64,000 nt of DNA from Lingula anatina (lineage: Eukaryota > Animalia > Brachiopoda). Location of the stretch: positions 2,852,001 to 2,916,000 of the forward strand of contig JBPQGU010000016.1 in the NCBI GenBank assembly GCA_051362555.1. The letters are read 5' to 3'. Under the pieces are notes generated by a model. That model was not told the DNA's origin. It saw nothing but the letters and a program-made list of their open reading frames with translations, and searched no databases. Every line of letters begins with the position of its first letter. Position 1 is the first letter of the stretch. The position numbers were made by a program, and so were the translations under genes. Below, piece by piece: positions 12,096 to 24,574 of the stretch.

Positions 12096-13493
12096 TTAAT
12101 TAATATTATTTCATATTTCAAATAAAAAAATTTCTAAATTTTTTACAATTTCTTTAGTTTCTGAAAAACCAATAATTAATTTATAATCATGTATTTTTTC
12201 AGATAATTTTTTTCAAATTTCATTTAAATTATTCAAAAAATTAAAAAAACTAGATTTATTTTCTAATTTAATTAAATGTTTATTACAATCAAAATATTTT
12301 TTAAATGATTTTAATCTTTCTGAAAATTTAAAATGATGGTCTCTTATTTTCTTTTCTTCACAAATTTTATTTTTATATAAAAAATAATTAATACTTACTT
12401 CTATCAAATTTCTTAATGAAATAGCAATTATTTCATTAAAATTTTCAATATTTTTATCTTTAATTTTTTTTAATAACAATAAATAATTTATTTGACATAA
12501 TATATTTCTACTTTTTTCAAATTTTATTAATTTTAAAATTTCTTCTAAATTATTAAAAAATTTTTTATTTTTCTTTTTAGTTTTTGATTTATTTTTATTA
12601 ATATAACTTGTTTCAATCGTTTTCCTAAATGCTTCTTTACTGTTTTTAAAATTTAATTCTTCAATATTATTAATATTATGAATTAACTTTATTTTATTAT
12701 CAATTTTTTTAATGGTTTCTTTTGCTATTTCAATATCATAAAAATTATTAGAATAAGTTCATTTGTTTTCTTCAAAAAGAATAATCATTACATTTATTTT
12801 TTCTAAAAATTCTTTTTCATTTTCAATATTAATTATTTTGTTTTTAACATTAATTCTAAAAAAAATTCTAAATATTTTTAATTGAAAAATCCTGAACCAA
12901 ATAGCTCATTTAATTTTTACTTTAAAAAAATAATTTAGATTATTTTTTTGAAAAAAATCATTTAAAAAAACTGCTATAAAATTTTTATCTTGAATATTTC
13001 TATTAATTGTTTTTCATTCAGTAGTTGTTTCACCACCTGTTTGAACATGAATTCTTCTTGTTCAATCATATGTTTTTTCTTTATTTTCTAAATCAACAAC
13101 TTCTATTTGATTTTTTCTAATTTCTCTTCATTCTTTTTGAAATTTTTTTATTTCAATTGATTTTGTTTTTCAAATATTTTTTATATAATCTAATTCAAAA
13201 TTATTTCATTTTTTTTCATCCATCAATAAAACTTTTAAAGCTGCAATTCTTCTATTACCATCTTTAACAACTCATTTATCATTTTCATTTAAAACTGCAA
13301 TTGTTACTATTGGATTTAATTCTTTTAATTTTAAAATATCTAAAATTAATTCTCTCATAGAACTTTCTAATTCTTTTAAAATAAAGATAAAAATATTTTT
13401 TCTAACATTTTTTGGAAAAGTAATAAATCTTGGATTATTTTCATCCAATGTTAAATCTTCAACTTTTATTTTAAATCTTTTATATTCACTCAT
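12096..13493 (-). CDS. ParB/Srx-like N-terminal domain + putative HEPN-like C-terminus
   Basis: LDENNPRF, VVKDGNRRIAALK; C-terminal helical domain with SLRNLIE..KYH. Confidence 0.7.
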
Positions 13494-13526
13494 TAAATTT
13501 ACAATACATTAAAATTAAATATAATA

Positions 13527-14465
13527 TTAAATTGAATTAATTATTTTTCTTGCAGTTTTAAAATCCAATCTTCTTCTTCTAAAATTATCATCAATATTGC
13601 CTTTAAATGGAGAAAGTAAAACACTATTTGTTTTCTTTCTATAATTTTTTAATTTTTCATTTAATCTAAAAATAAAGTCACTATTTATAATTTGATCTTT
13701 AATTTTAATTTTTGTGATAACTCTTGAACTTATTTTTATTTGTTTTTTATAATTTAATTCACTACTTTTTAAAAATCTTATTTCCTTACCTGAATTTGAA
13801 TCATAACCAATTAAAGCTAAATCACCATCTTCATCATTAAATTTAATATTTAATTTTTTGTTTGATTTTAAAATTTTTTCTGATAATTCTTTAATTTTTT
13901 TTAAATTACCAATTTTTTCATCATTTTTATAAATAATAGTATCTTCAAATTTTTTATTTGGATCAAAACAAATTATACATACAGGTGTTTCAGTATCTTC
14001 AAATGGATTTGGTATTAAAATTGTTATTGAAAAAATATGTTTTTTTGAAAATTTAGAATTAATAAAAGTTTCTGGAACTATTGCAACTCCTGGCATACCT
14101 GATTCAATCATTTTATCTAATGCTATTTGATATAAATCACTAAATTTTGTTTCATTAAAAATATTTTTATTAATTCCTTTTCTTTTATTTGAAACTCTAG
14201 ATAAATATGGTGGATTTGTAACAATAAAAGTATCTTTTATATATTTAATGTTTTTTAATGAATCATTATATTTTCAATGTAAATTTTCATCAATATCATA
14301 ACCAATTATTTTAAAATCTTTTTTAAATTCTTTTAATAAACCACCATCTCCTGCAAATGGATCTAATACATTTTTAAATTTATATTTATAAATAAAATCT
14401 AAAATTTGTTTCTTTTTTCAATAATTTTTTTTAGTAAAAAACTGACCTAATCTATATTTTTTCAT
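13527..14465 (-). CDS. N6-adenine DNA methyltransferase (gamma class)
   Basis: LGQFFT, VLDPFAGDGGL and TNPPY motifs; 312 aa. Confidence 0.88.
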
Positions 14466-15787
14466 ATTTCTTCCAATAAAACATTTAATTTTACTAAATA
14501 TTCTTCTAATTCTTTTAATGATGTGTTTAATTTTTCATCATGTAAATCAGCATTTAAAAATTTTATAAATTCATTCACTTTATTATAATCTGCTCAAAAT
14601 ATTTTAATTGTATTAAAATTATCTAAATTAACATTCTTATTTTTTAAAATCAAATTTGTAACTTTTAATATTTTTTTTGTCAATGAAATTTTATTTTTAT
14701 TTTTTTCATTTAATATATTTTTATTTTCTTTTAAATAAAATTTTATAGAAATTTCAATAACTGGTCTTATTGAACAAAGTATTAATTCTTTATATTTTTT
14801 ATGATTAATTGAATTTAATTGTTCTAAAATTTCTTTTAACTTTCAATATTCTATTTTTGAAATTAGTTTTTTTGAAAATTTAAATTTTATCTTATCTGAT
14901 TTTCTCTTAGAATAACTTTTAAAAATTGATTCTGCATCTTTTAATCTATAATAATTTTGATTTTTATTTTTTAATTCATTATCAATTAATTTAATCAATT
15001 CTAATTGTCTATTTGTATTCATAAAATTTTGTAAATTAATCTTTTTATTTTCAATTAATCTTAAAATTACATAAAATTTTTGAACAAAATCATATTGACT
15101 ATCAAGTTCATATTCTTTATTTTCATTAACTTTAATTCCAAAAAATGGTCTTAAAACATTAACAGATAAAAATATTTTTTCTCAAATTGTAAACTTAATA
15201 TTAACAACATAATCATTTCTATCTATATTTAAATCATGCATCTTATTATTAATAAATTTTGCTATTTTATACCTATGATCTTTTTTTGCATTAAGAACTT
15301 TATCAAAAGTTTCTCATTGTTTTGTACTTGCTGGATCAGTATCTGTATGAATTTTTTTTAATCATTCTTTAGCTTCTTTTCTATTATCAATTAAAACTAC
15401 ATCTATTTCTCTATTTTCATTAACTGTTTTTTGAAAATTTAAAATTTTATCTTTATTTTTATAAAAAAAATCCAACATATTTTGATTTTGGATTTTTTTA
15501 ATTTGATTTTCATTCATTAATAAAAATTTTAAACATGCAATTCTTCGGTTTCCATCTACTACTATATATTCGTTATTTTCAAAAACCACCCCAATACGTA
15601 TAAATGGATTCATACTATTTTCTTCAAATATACTTTTAGCTAATGCAAACATAGATTTTTCTAATTCATTAAATAATAAATTAAACATATCCTCTTTTTG
15701 TTTTTCAGTATAACTTTCAAATCTTGGATTTTTTTTATCTAACTTTAAATCCATTATCTTTAAAGTTTTTTTTATATATTTTTTCAT
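14447..15787 (-). CDS. ParB/Srx-like N-terminal domain + putative HEPN-like C-terminus (paralogue of 12096..13493)
   Basis: LDKKNPRF, VVDGNRRIACLK; C-terminal SIRPVIE..FLNADLH. Confidence 0.72.
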
Positions 15788-15905
15788 ATCTCTTAAAATT
15801 TTAATAATATTAATTTAATTTTAAATAAAAAAATAAAAAAATAATTATTTTTTTTCTATTTTTTTTTGTAAATTTATCAATTAATTTGTTTTTATATTAA
15901 ATTTA

Positions 15906-17789
15906 TTAAGAATTTTTAATTATTCTTTCAAATATCTTTTTAAAATTTTCTTTTGTTTTTTTATTAAAATTAAATTTTTGTTTTTTATTTTTAATAAAAT
16001 TAAAAAAATTAAAATAAAAAAATGTATTTTTATTTTCACTAATTTTCATTCCATCAAATTCATCATCAACAAATAAATTTTGTGTTTCAACTTTATCTTC
16101 AATTAATTTATCAGGTCATTGATTATACAAATTTACAAAAAAAACATGTTTATTTCCTTTATTATCAAAATAATTTTTATTAATGTTATTTAATCCTTGA
16201 TTACCTTGTTTATCATAATCAAAAATAAAAAATGGTATTTTTTTATTAAGTGAAAAAGATAAATTTATTAAAGTATTTTTTCTTTCAGTTGCAGAACCCA
16301 TAAATACAAAGTTAATTTCTTTTAATTTATTAATATCTAAAATTTTTTCATTAATAAAATATTCTTTCATTGTATTAAAAAGAAAAAAATCATGTAAACC
16401 CTCAACAAAAACATGTATACCATTTGATAAATTTAAAAAACTTTTCTTATCAATACCTAAAATCTCTAAAAATGGTAATATACCAATTTTTTTCTCATCT
16501 TCATTTCTAAAAAATGGTGAACTAATTAATATAGTTCCTTTTTCATAGTCATCTTTAAGAACAAGATCAACATTTAACATATTATCTAAATTTATAAAAA
16601 ATGGATTATGTGTTGAAACTATAATTTTTATATTTTTGTTTTGATCAGTAAATTTTATTAAATATTTTTTTAAATCCATTATAGCTTCAGCATGCAAAAA
16701 ATCACCAGGTTCATCTAATAATATAATACTTAAATCTTTATTATCAATATTTTCATTTTTTATTTTTTCAAAAAATAAAAGTAAGGAAATATATTTTTTC
16801 ATTCCATCACTTCTATAATTTAAATTTCTAAATATTTCAGAATCTTTATCTGCAGCATCAATCATAAAACAATCATTACAAATATCAACCTTAAACTTTA
16901 TTGAATTTGTAGCTCAAAAATCTTTTGAAAATGATTCAATTTTATAGTTTAAATCTTTTGAAATTTTATGTTTTTCATCTTTAAATTCATTTGTATCATA
17001 ATTATTATTAATAAAAATTTTAATACTATTTTCAGTTTGTCCCAACAAACTTCAAAAACTTAAAAAAAGTTTATCATTCAATGCATCTTTGAACAAATAT
17101 TTATTTTTTACAATTTCTAATTTATCATATTTATATATTTTTGGTTTTTTTTCATTTAATATTTTTAATTTATTAATAATTTTTTCTGAATGATTAAAAT
17201 CTTTTTTAATTTCTTTAATAAATTTTTCTTTTAATTTATTTTGATCATTATTTAAATTTAAAACATTATATTTTTCTTTAATAAAATCATCTAAATCATT
17301 ATTAGAAAGAAAATATTTAAAATCTTCAACATTTCAATTATAATATTTTATTTTACCCAAATCATCTTTGAATTCATATTGTATAAATCAATTAAAAATC
17401 TTTTTTATATTTTCATAAAAAACATTTAATTTATCAAAATTTAAATCTATTTTTTTTAATTTAAAAAAATTTTTTTCATATGAATTTAATATCAAATTAT
17501 CACTTAATAAATAATTTGAATTAATATCTATTATTCTTTGTAATTGATTTATTTTATCTATTTTAAAGTTATATTGAATTTCAAAATCCTCATTTTTTAT
17601 ATGAAAATTTTTATCTTTTTTATTTAATTTCTTATTATTAATTTCAAATATAGCATCTAATATATTTGATTTACCTACTTCATTTTTTCCAATTAAATAT
17701 TGAATATTATTTTTAATACAATAGTTTAGTTCTCTTATTGATTTATAATTTTTAATTTTAAATTCAATATAATTATTTTTATTATTCAT
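15906..17789 (-). CDS. OLD-family ABC-ATPase/TOPRIM nuclease
   Basis: GKNEVGKS Walker A, RSDG signature, LLDEP, STHNP, FVEGLHD and DYD TOPRIM motifs. Confidence 0.88.
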
Positions 17790-18612
17790 ATAATTCTTTA
17801 AATGTTTTATTTTCTTTTGTTTTTCAAGTTACTTTACCATTAGTAGATCTATTTGTAAAAAATTCTGCTGCACCACTTAAAGATTTAAAAAACATATAAT
17901 CTTTTATAAAAATATATTTATCATTATTTATAAATTCAATAATATTTTCTTTTAAAAATTTTTTAATTCTTTTTTGATTTCTATTAAAAACTAATTTTGT
18001 ATTTATTGTTAAATTTTCATAATTATCAAACTTTTTTACTCATGAACCTTTTAAAATTAAAACTTTATTTTCTTTTGTTATTCTTGATTTAGCATATGCT
18101 TTATTTTTATGATTTAAATAAAAAATTTCTGGTAAATATTCAAGTGAATCTAATTTTTTAATATTGTTGTTATTTAAAAAATTATTATTTTCCAATTTTT
18201 CTAAGTTATTAACTTTTCAATTTATTTTAAAATTAACATTGTAATATGTTGTATATCCAAAAAAAACTGTTGTTGCAATAGTTGGTTTATCAAATATATA
18301 ATCTTGTTTAAAAATATAATTATTATTTTCTAAAAATATAATTTTATTTTTTATTAGTTTTTCAAATACTTCTTTTTTTCTTTTTAAGCAATTTAAAATT
18401 CATATTGATCATTTAGGATGGTTTTTTGCTTTAATAAATATTTTTTTATATTTATCATTTGAATATAATTCTTTTGAAAAATAACTATCTTTAAAAATTT
18501 TTACTCTTTTTAAATCATCATATAAAAAAGCTTTTGCACATATTTTTTGACCATTAATATTTTTATTTAAATAATAAATTGATGATTCTAATTTTTTAGA
18601 ATCATCATAATG

Positions 18613-18654
<42 letters not shown>

Positions 18655-19218
18655 TTTGTTGTTGTTGTTGTTTTTATTATTTATTTTTTTATTTTTTTGT
18701 TTTATTTTGTGTTCTTTATCATTTTGTTCTTCAAATATATTGTATGGTATTACAGAAGAAATTAAATTTTTTATTGTTTCAAAATTACTTTTTAATTCAT
18801 ATTTTTCATATTCATGTAATGTAGAATTTAAATTAATTTGTTTATTTTCAATTTTAAATAAAATATTTGGTTTACTCAACTCTTTATTTAATAAACTTTC
18901 ATAATATTTTCGCTTATCTGTATTTTTTAATTGATTTGAAATTATTATTAAAAGATATTTATATCTTTTTCCTTTTGTGTTTATATGTTCAACAAATCTA
19001 TTTTTAAAATTAAATGTTTGACCAATATACCCTTTATTAATTTCTTTATTAAAAAATATATATAAACTAAAAGATTCTTTTTTAAGTTCAGAAATTCAAA
19101 AATCTGAATTTTTTATTTTTGTAAGATCAAATCAAAACAATTTATATTCACCAAAAATTAAGTACTTATTAGTTGTGTTTTTTTCTAAAAATAATTTAAA
19201 TGATTCAATTTGTGACAT
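17782..19218 (-). CDS. GIY-YIG nuclease + two DUF4357 domains, poly-Asn linker
   Basis: SLYIFFN..GYIGQT..KNRFVEH; C-terminal SLSGAAEFFTNRSTNGKVTWKT. Confidence 0.78.
18613..18672. repeat. (ATT)n/(GTT)n trinucleotide repeat encoding poly-Asn
   Basis: ~14 ATT units plus 5 GTT units, in frame in the linker of 17782..19218. Confidence 0.9.
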
Positions 19219-19335
19219 ATCTATCTTTTTATATTGTATAATTAAATTTTATTATTTTTTTTATTTAAAAATAATAATTTTTTATATTTTGTAAAAATTA
19301 ATAAATAAAAAAATATTTATAAATTTAAATAATAA

Positions 19336-20715
19336 TTATTCATATAATTTTTTAAATGTTTTATTTTCTTTTGTTTTTCATTCTTCTTTTCCATTATTAC
19401 ATCTATTTATAAAAAATCCTGCAGCCCCACTTAAAGAATTAAAAAACTTATAATCTTTAATAAAAATATATTTATTATCTATAAATTTAATAATACTATC
19501 ATTTAAAAGTTTTTTAATTCATTTTTGATTTCTATTAATAACTTTTTTTGTATTAATACTTAAAATTTCAAAATTATATTTTTTTTTAAATCATGATCCC
19601 TTTAAAATTAAAACTTTATTTTCAGTTGTTATTCTTGATGTAGCATATGCTTTATCCTTGTAATTTAAATAAAATAATTCTGGTAAATATTCTTCTATAT
19701 TTGATTCTTTATTATTATTTTTATTTAAAAAATTATTTCTTTTTTTAACTTTTGTATTAATAAAAAATTCGATTGGATTTTCAATTTGTTTGTCTTTTCA
19801 TCTTTTAAATCCATTTATTTCATTTTTTGAATTACCAAAAATAAATTTTGCAGCTATAGAACATGTATTAAATAAAACATCTTCTTTAAAATAATATCTA
19901 TTATTATTAAAATCTTTAATTATTGAATTATTATTTAAATATTGATTTAATAATTTAAAATTTTCATCACTTTTTTCAATATTTTCATAATTTTTAAAAC
20001 CAGTTCAACTACCATTTAAAATTAAAAATTTAAAATCTTTTCTTAATTTACCTATTGCATAAAAATAATCATTTTGTTGATCATTAAAACCTTTAAATAT
20101 AAAAATATTTTTTAAAAATTCTTTGTTATTAAATTCTTTTTTTTCTTCAAAATTTTTTATAATTTCAGATTCTTTTAATTGATTTTTATTATCTTCTTTT
20201 TCATTAAAATCTTTTTGAAAATCACTATTAAATAAACAATATGGAAATATAGATGAAATTAAAGATTTTATTATTTTAAAATTATTATTTAATTCATTTT
20301 TTATATATTTATTAAAATTAAATAATATATTTGTTTCTTTGTTTTTTGATGAAAGAAAATTATAATTTGATTTATTAAATTCATTTTTTAATAAACTTTT
20401 GTGATATTTTCTTTTATATTTATTTTTATAATCTTTTGAAACAATTATTAAAACATATCTTTGTAATTTGTTATATTTTGTACTATTATTAGATCATAAT
20501 TTATAAAAATTAAATGTTTCATCAATATAAAATGGTCTAATATTTTTATCAAATAATATATATAAACAATAAGATTCGACTTTAATATTTTTTCAAAATT
20601 TTGAACTATTTATTTTTTTAATATCAAATCAATATAATTTATAATTATTTTTTTCTAAAAATTTATTTTTTGTATTTCTTTCTTTAAATAATATAAATGT
20701 TTCAATTTTTAACAT
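19336..20715 (-). CDS. Degenerate GIY-YIG + two DUF4357 domains
   Basis: CLYILFD..FYIDET..YKLWSNN (Gly, Arg and His lost); C-terminal SLSGAAGFFINRCNNGKEEWKT. Confidence 0.72.
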
Positions 20716-20726
20716 GTTTATATTAT

Positions 20727-21404
20727 TTATTTTAATATTTTTATTTTTTTATACTTTAAAAAATCATATAATTCATTAAAATTATTAATTGGTTCAAAAA
20801 ATACATTTTTTAAACCATATTCTGGATAATTTGTTCATCTATGTGTATCTGAAAAATGTACTATTTTATCTTTATAAATATCATTTGTTAATTTCATAAA
20901 TTTTTTATGATTTGAATTATTTAAATTTGTAGATTCAATAATAAAAATCTTATCTAAATTATCTTTTAATGTTTCATATCTACAATTATTATGACTTTTT
21001 CCAATATGAGGTATATAAATAGGATTAAATTTATCAAAATTTTTTATAACTTCTTCAAATGAACTAAAAAAAGTAGATGATCTTAATTTTAATATTTTTT
21101 CAATTTCTTTTAATTTTTCATCACTTAATTTATCTGAAAAATTTAATATCATATCTTGTTCATAACCATCTTTTTTAATTATTATTTCAATACCTGGAAT
21201 TAATATTGTATCTACTTGTTTAGCAACTTCTTTTCATTCTTTATAAAAATTAAAATCAAATGTATTTTTATCTGTAAAAGATGCAAATTTTACTTTTTCT
21301 TTCTTTCAACCATTTAAAACATCTACTTTTAAAAAACTAATTTTATCTCCATTTTTTTTAGATAAATCTGTTTGACTATGTAAATCAATTTTAAAACTTT
21401 TCAT
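20727..21404 (-). CDS. PHP-domain phosphoesterase (Ppl/TrlF N-terminal-like)
   Basis: IDLHSQT, SFTDKN, IPGIE, YIPHIGK and FSDTH motifs. Confidence 0.78.
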
Positions 21405-21468
21405 TTTATGTTCCTTTCAATATAAATTAAAGTATTTTACTCTTTTTTTTATATTTTATTTTTTTTTA

Positions 21469-21744
21469 TTATTTAAAAATTGAATCATTTCAAGATTCAA
21501 TAAATTCGTTAAATAAATCTTTTACATAATTAATAAATTTATCATCTTTATTTGTATTTTCATCAAAAATTAAATATACTTTTTCATTTTCATTTACTTC
21601 TAATAAATCAAATAAAAATTTTGAAATCTTTTCTGAAGTTACATCTTTATCAAAAATTACTTTTTTATTAATTTGTATACATTCAACAATTGTTTTTGGA
21701 TTCTCTTTAGAATATTCTTTATCTTTTCTTATTAAAATTTCCAT
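21469..21744 (-). CDS. Hypothetical protein (91 aa) between ATPase and PHP genes
   Basis: Open in code 4, operonic spacing, acidic composition. Confidence 0.65.
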
Positions 21745-21761
21745 TATATTTATTTCCTATT

Positions 21762-23444
21762 TTATTTATTTTTAAATACTTTATTAAATCTATTTTTTAA
21801 AGCTTCTTTACCACCTTCAAGATAATGAACAAGTTTTGTATTTTCTAAATTTTGCATTTCATAATCAATACTTGTATTAAAATATTGATTTTTATTGAAA
21901 TTATTATTATTTTTATCAAGTTTATCAAGTTGACATACAATAACATTTTCAACATTTGTATTTATTCCAATATTTGCATTATGAGTTACAATAAAAATTT
22001 GTTTATCTTTTGATAAATCATTTAATTTATTAATAATATTATTTTGAATTGAATGATTATCTAAATTATCTTCTAATTGATCAAGAAAAATTACACTGTA
22101 ATTTTTCATTTTATTTAATTTTTCTTCAATACCTAAAATACTTCTTTCACCTAAAGACATTTCAGAATATTTTTGATTGTTTTTACTTAAAAGTTCAACA
22201 AAATCAATTAATGACTTTGATTGATTAATATTATTAAATTCATCAATTACTTTTTTTACTAAAAAATCTAAATCTATTTTTTCTTTTTTATTTAAATTAA
22301 GAAAATCTTTTTTATAATTGTTTTTAACTCAATCTAATCATTTATCAGTTTTAGTTGGTTTTGAAATACAAGATCTTAATATTTTTTCAATTAATTCATG
22401 TTTATTAATATTTATATTTTTATCAATTGATAAATTAAAATTTTTAATTTCCTTTGATTCAATTGTTTTTTTTAATAAAATATTAGATAAGCTTTCTTTT
22501 TTTAAATTATTAAATAATTTTTTAACTTTTAATAATTGATTAGTAAATTCTTTTAATTTTTCTTTTGAATTTGTAATATCAGTATTTAATCTTATATTTA
22601 ATTCCTTAGAATTTTTAATTTTATTTTCAATACCATTAATTGAATTATTATAAAATTTAAGTATTTTATTATTATATTTTTCAAATTTAACTTTATATTT
22701 TTCAATTTCATTAATAATTTTTAAGTTTAATTCATTTAATTCATTTAAATTTATATTTAATTTATTATTAAAAAAATTATATTTTTCATCATTTATACAA
22801 ATTAATTGTTTCAAACTTTTTTGACTACTTTTAATTAATTTAATAGTTTCTTTTGAATTATAAAATATATCTTTTTCTATTTTGACTGGTTTTTTTAATA
22901 ATATTTCTTTTAATTGTTTAATTAATTTATTTTCTTGAAATTTTTTAAATTCAAAAAACATTTCTTTTCAATTAATATTATTTAAATCATTAAAAATATC
23001 AGGTATTTTTTTAAATTCTTTTATTGTTTCATTAAAAATTTTTAATACAACTTCTAAATTATTTTTAAGAATTTCATTTAAAAATTCTTTTCTTTCTTTT
23101 TCAATATTTGGTATTTTATGTAATTCAGTTTTTACAGTATCACTTTGTTTTAAAAAATCATCTATATCTGATCTTTTATCATTTCATAAATATTCACTAT
23201 CTGATAATTGTAAAAGAATATCAGAATTTGATCATTTAATTTTTAAATCTAAAATATCAAATTTTTTTAATGCTTTAACTATTTCATTAATTTTTTTATT
23301 ATTTGTTAACATTCATAATAATTTTAATAAGATTGATTTACCGCCACCTTTTGGTCCAATAATTACATTAATTCCAGGTTTAAAATCTAATTCTTTTTCA
23401 AAAGTATTTTCTGTATAAATTAATTTTTCTATATATTGTGTCAT
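21762..23444 (-). CDS. SMC/ABC-type coiled-coil ATPase (TrlF/Ppl C-terminal-like)
   Basis: IIGPKGGGKS, MSLGE, FLDQLEDNLDN, IVTHNAN and LEGGKEAL..R motifs. Confidence 0.85.
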
Positions 23445-23485
23445 ACAAAATAAGTTTATACTTTAATTATAATATTACTATTTTT

Positions 23486-23527
23486 AAAAAAAAGAGTTTA
23501 TTTAATTTTTAAATTTAAATAAACTCT
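23486..23527 (-). terminator. Putative terminator
   Basis: 13-bp inverted repeat AGAGTTTATTTAA/TTAAATAAACTCT followed by a T-run on the minus strand. Confidence 0.55.
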
Positions 23528-23564
23528 ATATATTATTTTTTTAAAAAAAATGAAAACATTTTTT

Positions 23565-23807
23565 TTATTTTAATTTTAAAAAATCTTTTTTGTTTTTATG
23601 TTCTCTTTCAATTGATGCAAATTTTCTTCTATCTTCTAATCTTTTAAATATTTTAATTAAAACTTCTATTTCTTCATTAGAATTAAAATATTCTGTAATA
23701 TATGCAATTAATTCACCTTCTTCTCCAAAATCTTTAGAAGTATTATTAAAATTTTTTACTTCATTTAATAAACCTATCATTTTTTTTATTAATAATGTAT
23801 TATTCAT
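23565..23807 (-). CDS. Hypothetical protein (80 aa)
   Basis: ORF with AAGGGA RBS-like sequence. Confidence 0.55.
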   Translation of the reverse strand: MNNTLLIKKMIGLLNEVKNFNNTSKDFGEEGELIAYITEYFNSNEEIEVLIKIFKRLEDRRKFASIEREHKNKKDFLKLK

Positions 23808-23846
23808 ATTTTTTTATATTAATTTCCCTTATCTTATTTAATTTAT

Positions 23847-24353
23847 TTAAAAACTTAAATTAAAGTCTTCATATTTATAATTATTTTTAATTAAATAAAA
23901 ACTTCCATTTAATCTTTTTTTAAAAACTCTAATTCTGTTTTCATTTGTTTTTTTTACTATTTGTAATGAACCATAAAAATATCTTTTATTGTCAACACCT
24001 TGTGATAATAAATTTTCATCTGCAAATATAATGTCTTTATTTTTTTTAATATAATTTAAAATATCATTAAAATTATTTTCATCATATTGACCATTTAAAA
24101 TCTTTTCTAAAATTTTATTTTCTTTTATTGTTTCTATATTTTTATTTTTAATATAATTAATTTCATTTGTTTTATTATTAATATTTAAATTTAATTTTTT
24201 TTGTTTAAGAATTAAATTATTATTTTCTATTACAAAAATAATAAATAAAACAAAAAAAACTAAAAATAAAAAAGAAACAATAAAACAAGAAACTTTTTTA
24301 AAATTTATTTTTTTAAATTTAGATTTTTTTAAAAACTCTTTATATGTATTCAT
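23847..24353 (-). CDS. Hypothetical membrane-anchored protein
   Basis: Basic N-terminus then one hydrophobic helix (VSCFIVSFLFLVFFVLFIIFVI). Confidence 0.6.
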   Translation of the reverse strand: MNTYKEFLKKSKFKKINFKKVSCFIVSFLFLVFFVLFIIFVIENNNLILKQKKLNLNINNKTNEINYIKNKNIETIKENKILEKILNGQYDENNFNDILNYIKKNKDIIFADENLLSQGVDNKRYFYGSLQIVKKTNENRIRVFKKRLNGSFYLIKNNYKYEDFNLSF

Positions 24354-24574
24354 ATTCTTTTTAACAATATTATATGTTTTTTTTTATTTTTTTTCTTTTT
24401 TTTATTTTTGATATAAAATAATGTTGATACTTTAAAGTTTAAAATATTAAATTAAAAATTTTTATTTCATTTCTCAATCGCTTTAAAGTATCCTTTTTAA
24501 AAAATTACTTATATTAATTTAATTTAATGATTCTTTTATTTTTTTGATATTATAAAAATAATTAAAAAAAATAA

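Noticed and set aside
15906-17789. Gabija call for the OLD nuclease
   Set aside because: No UvrD-like GajB gene adjacent
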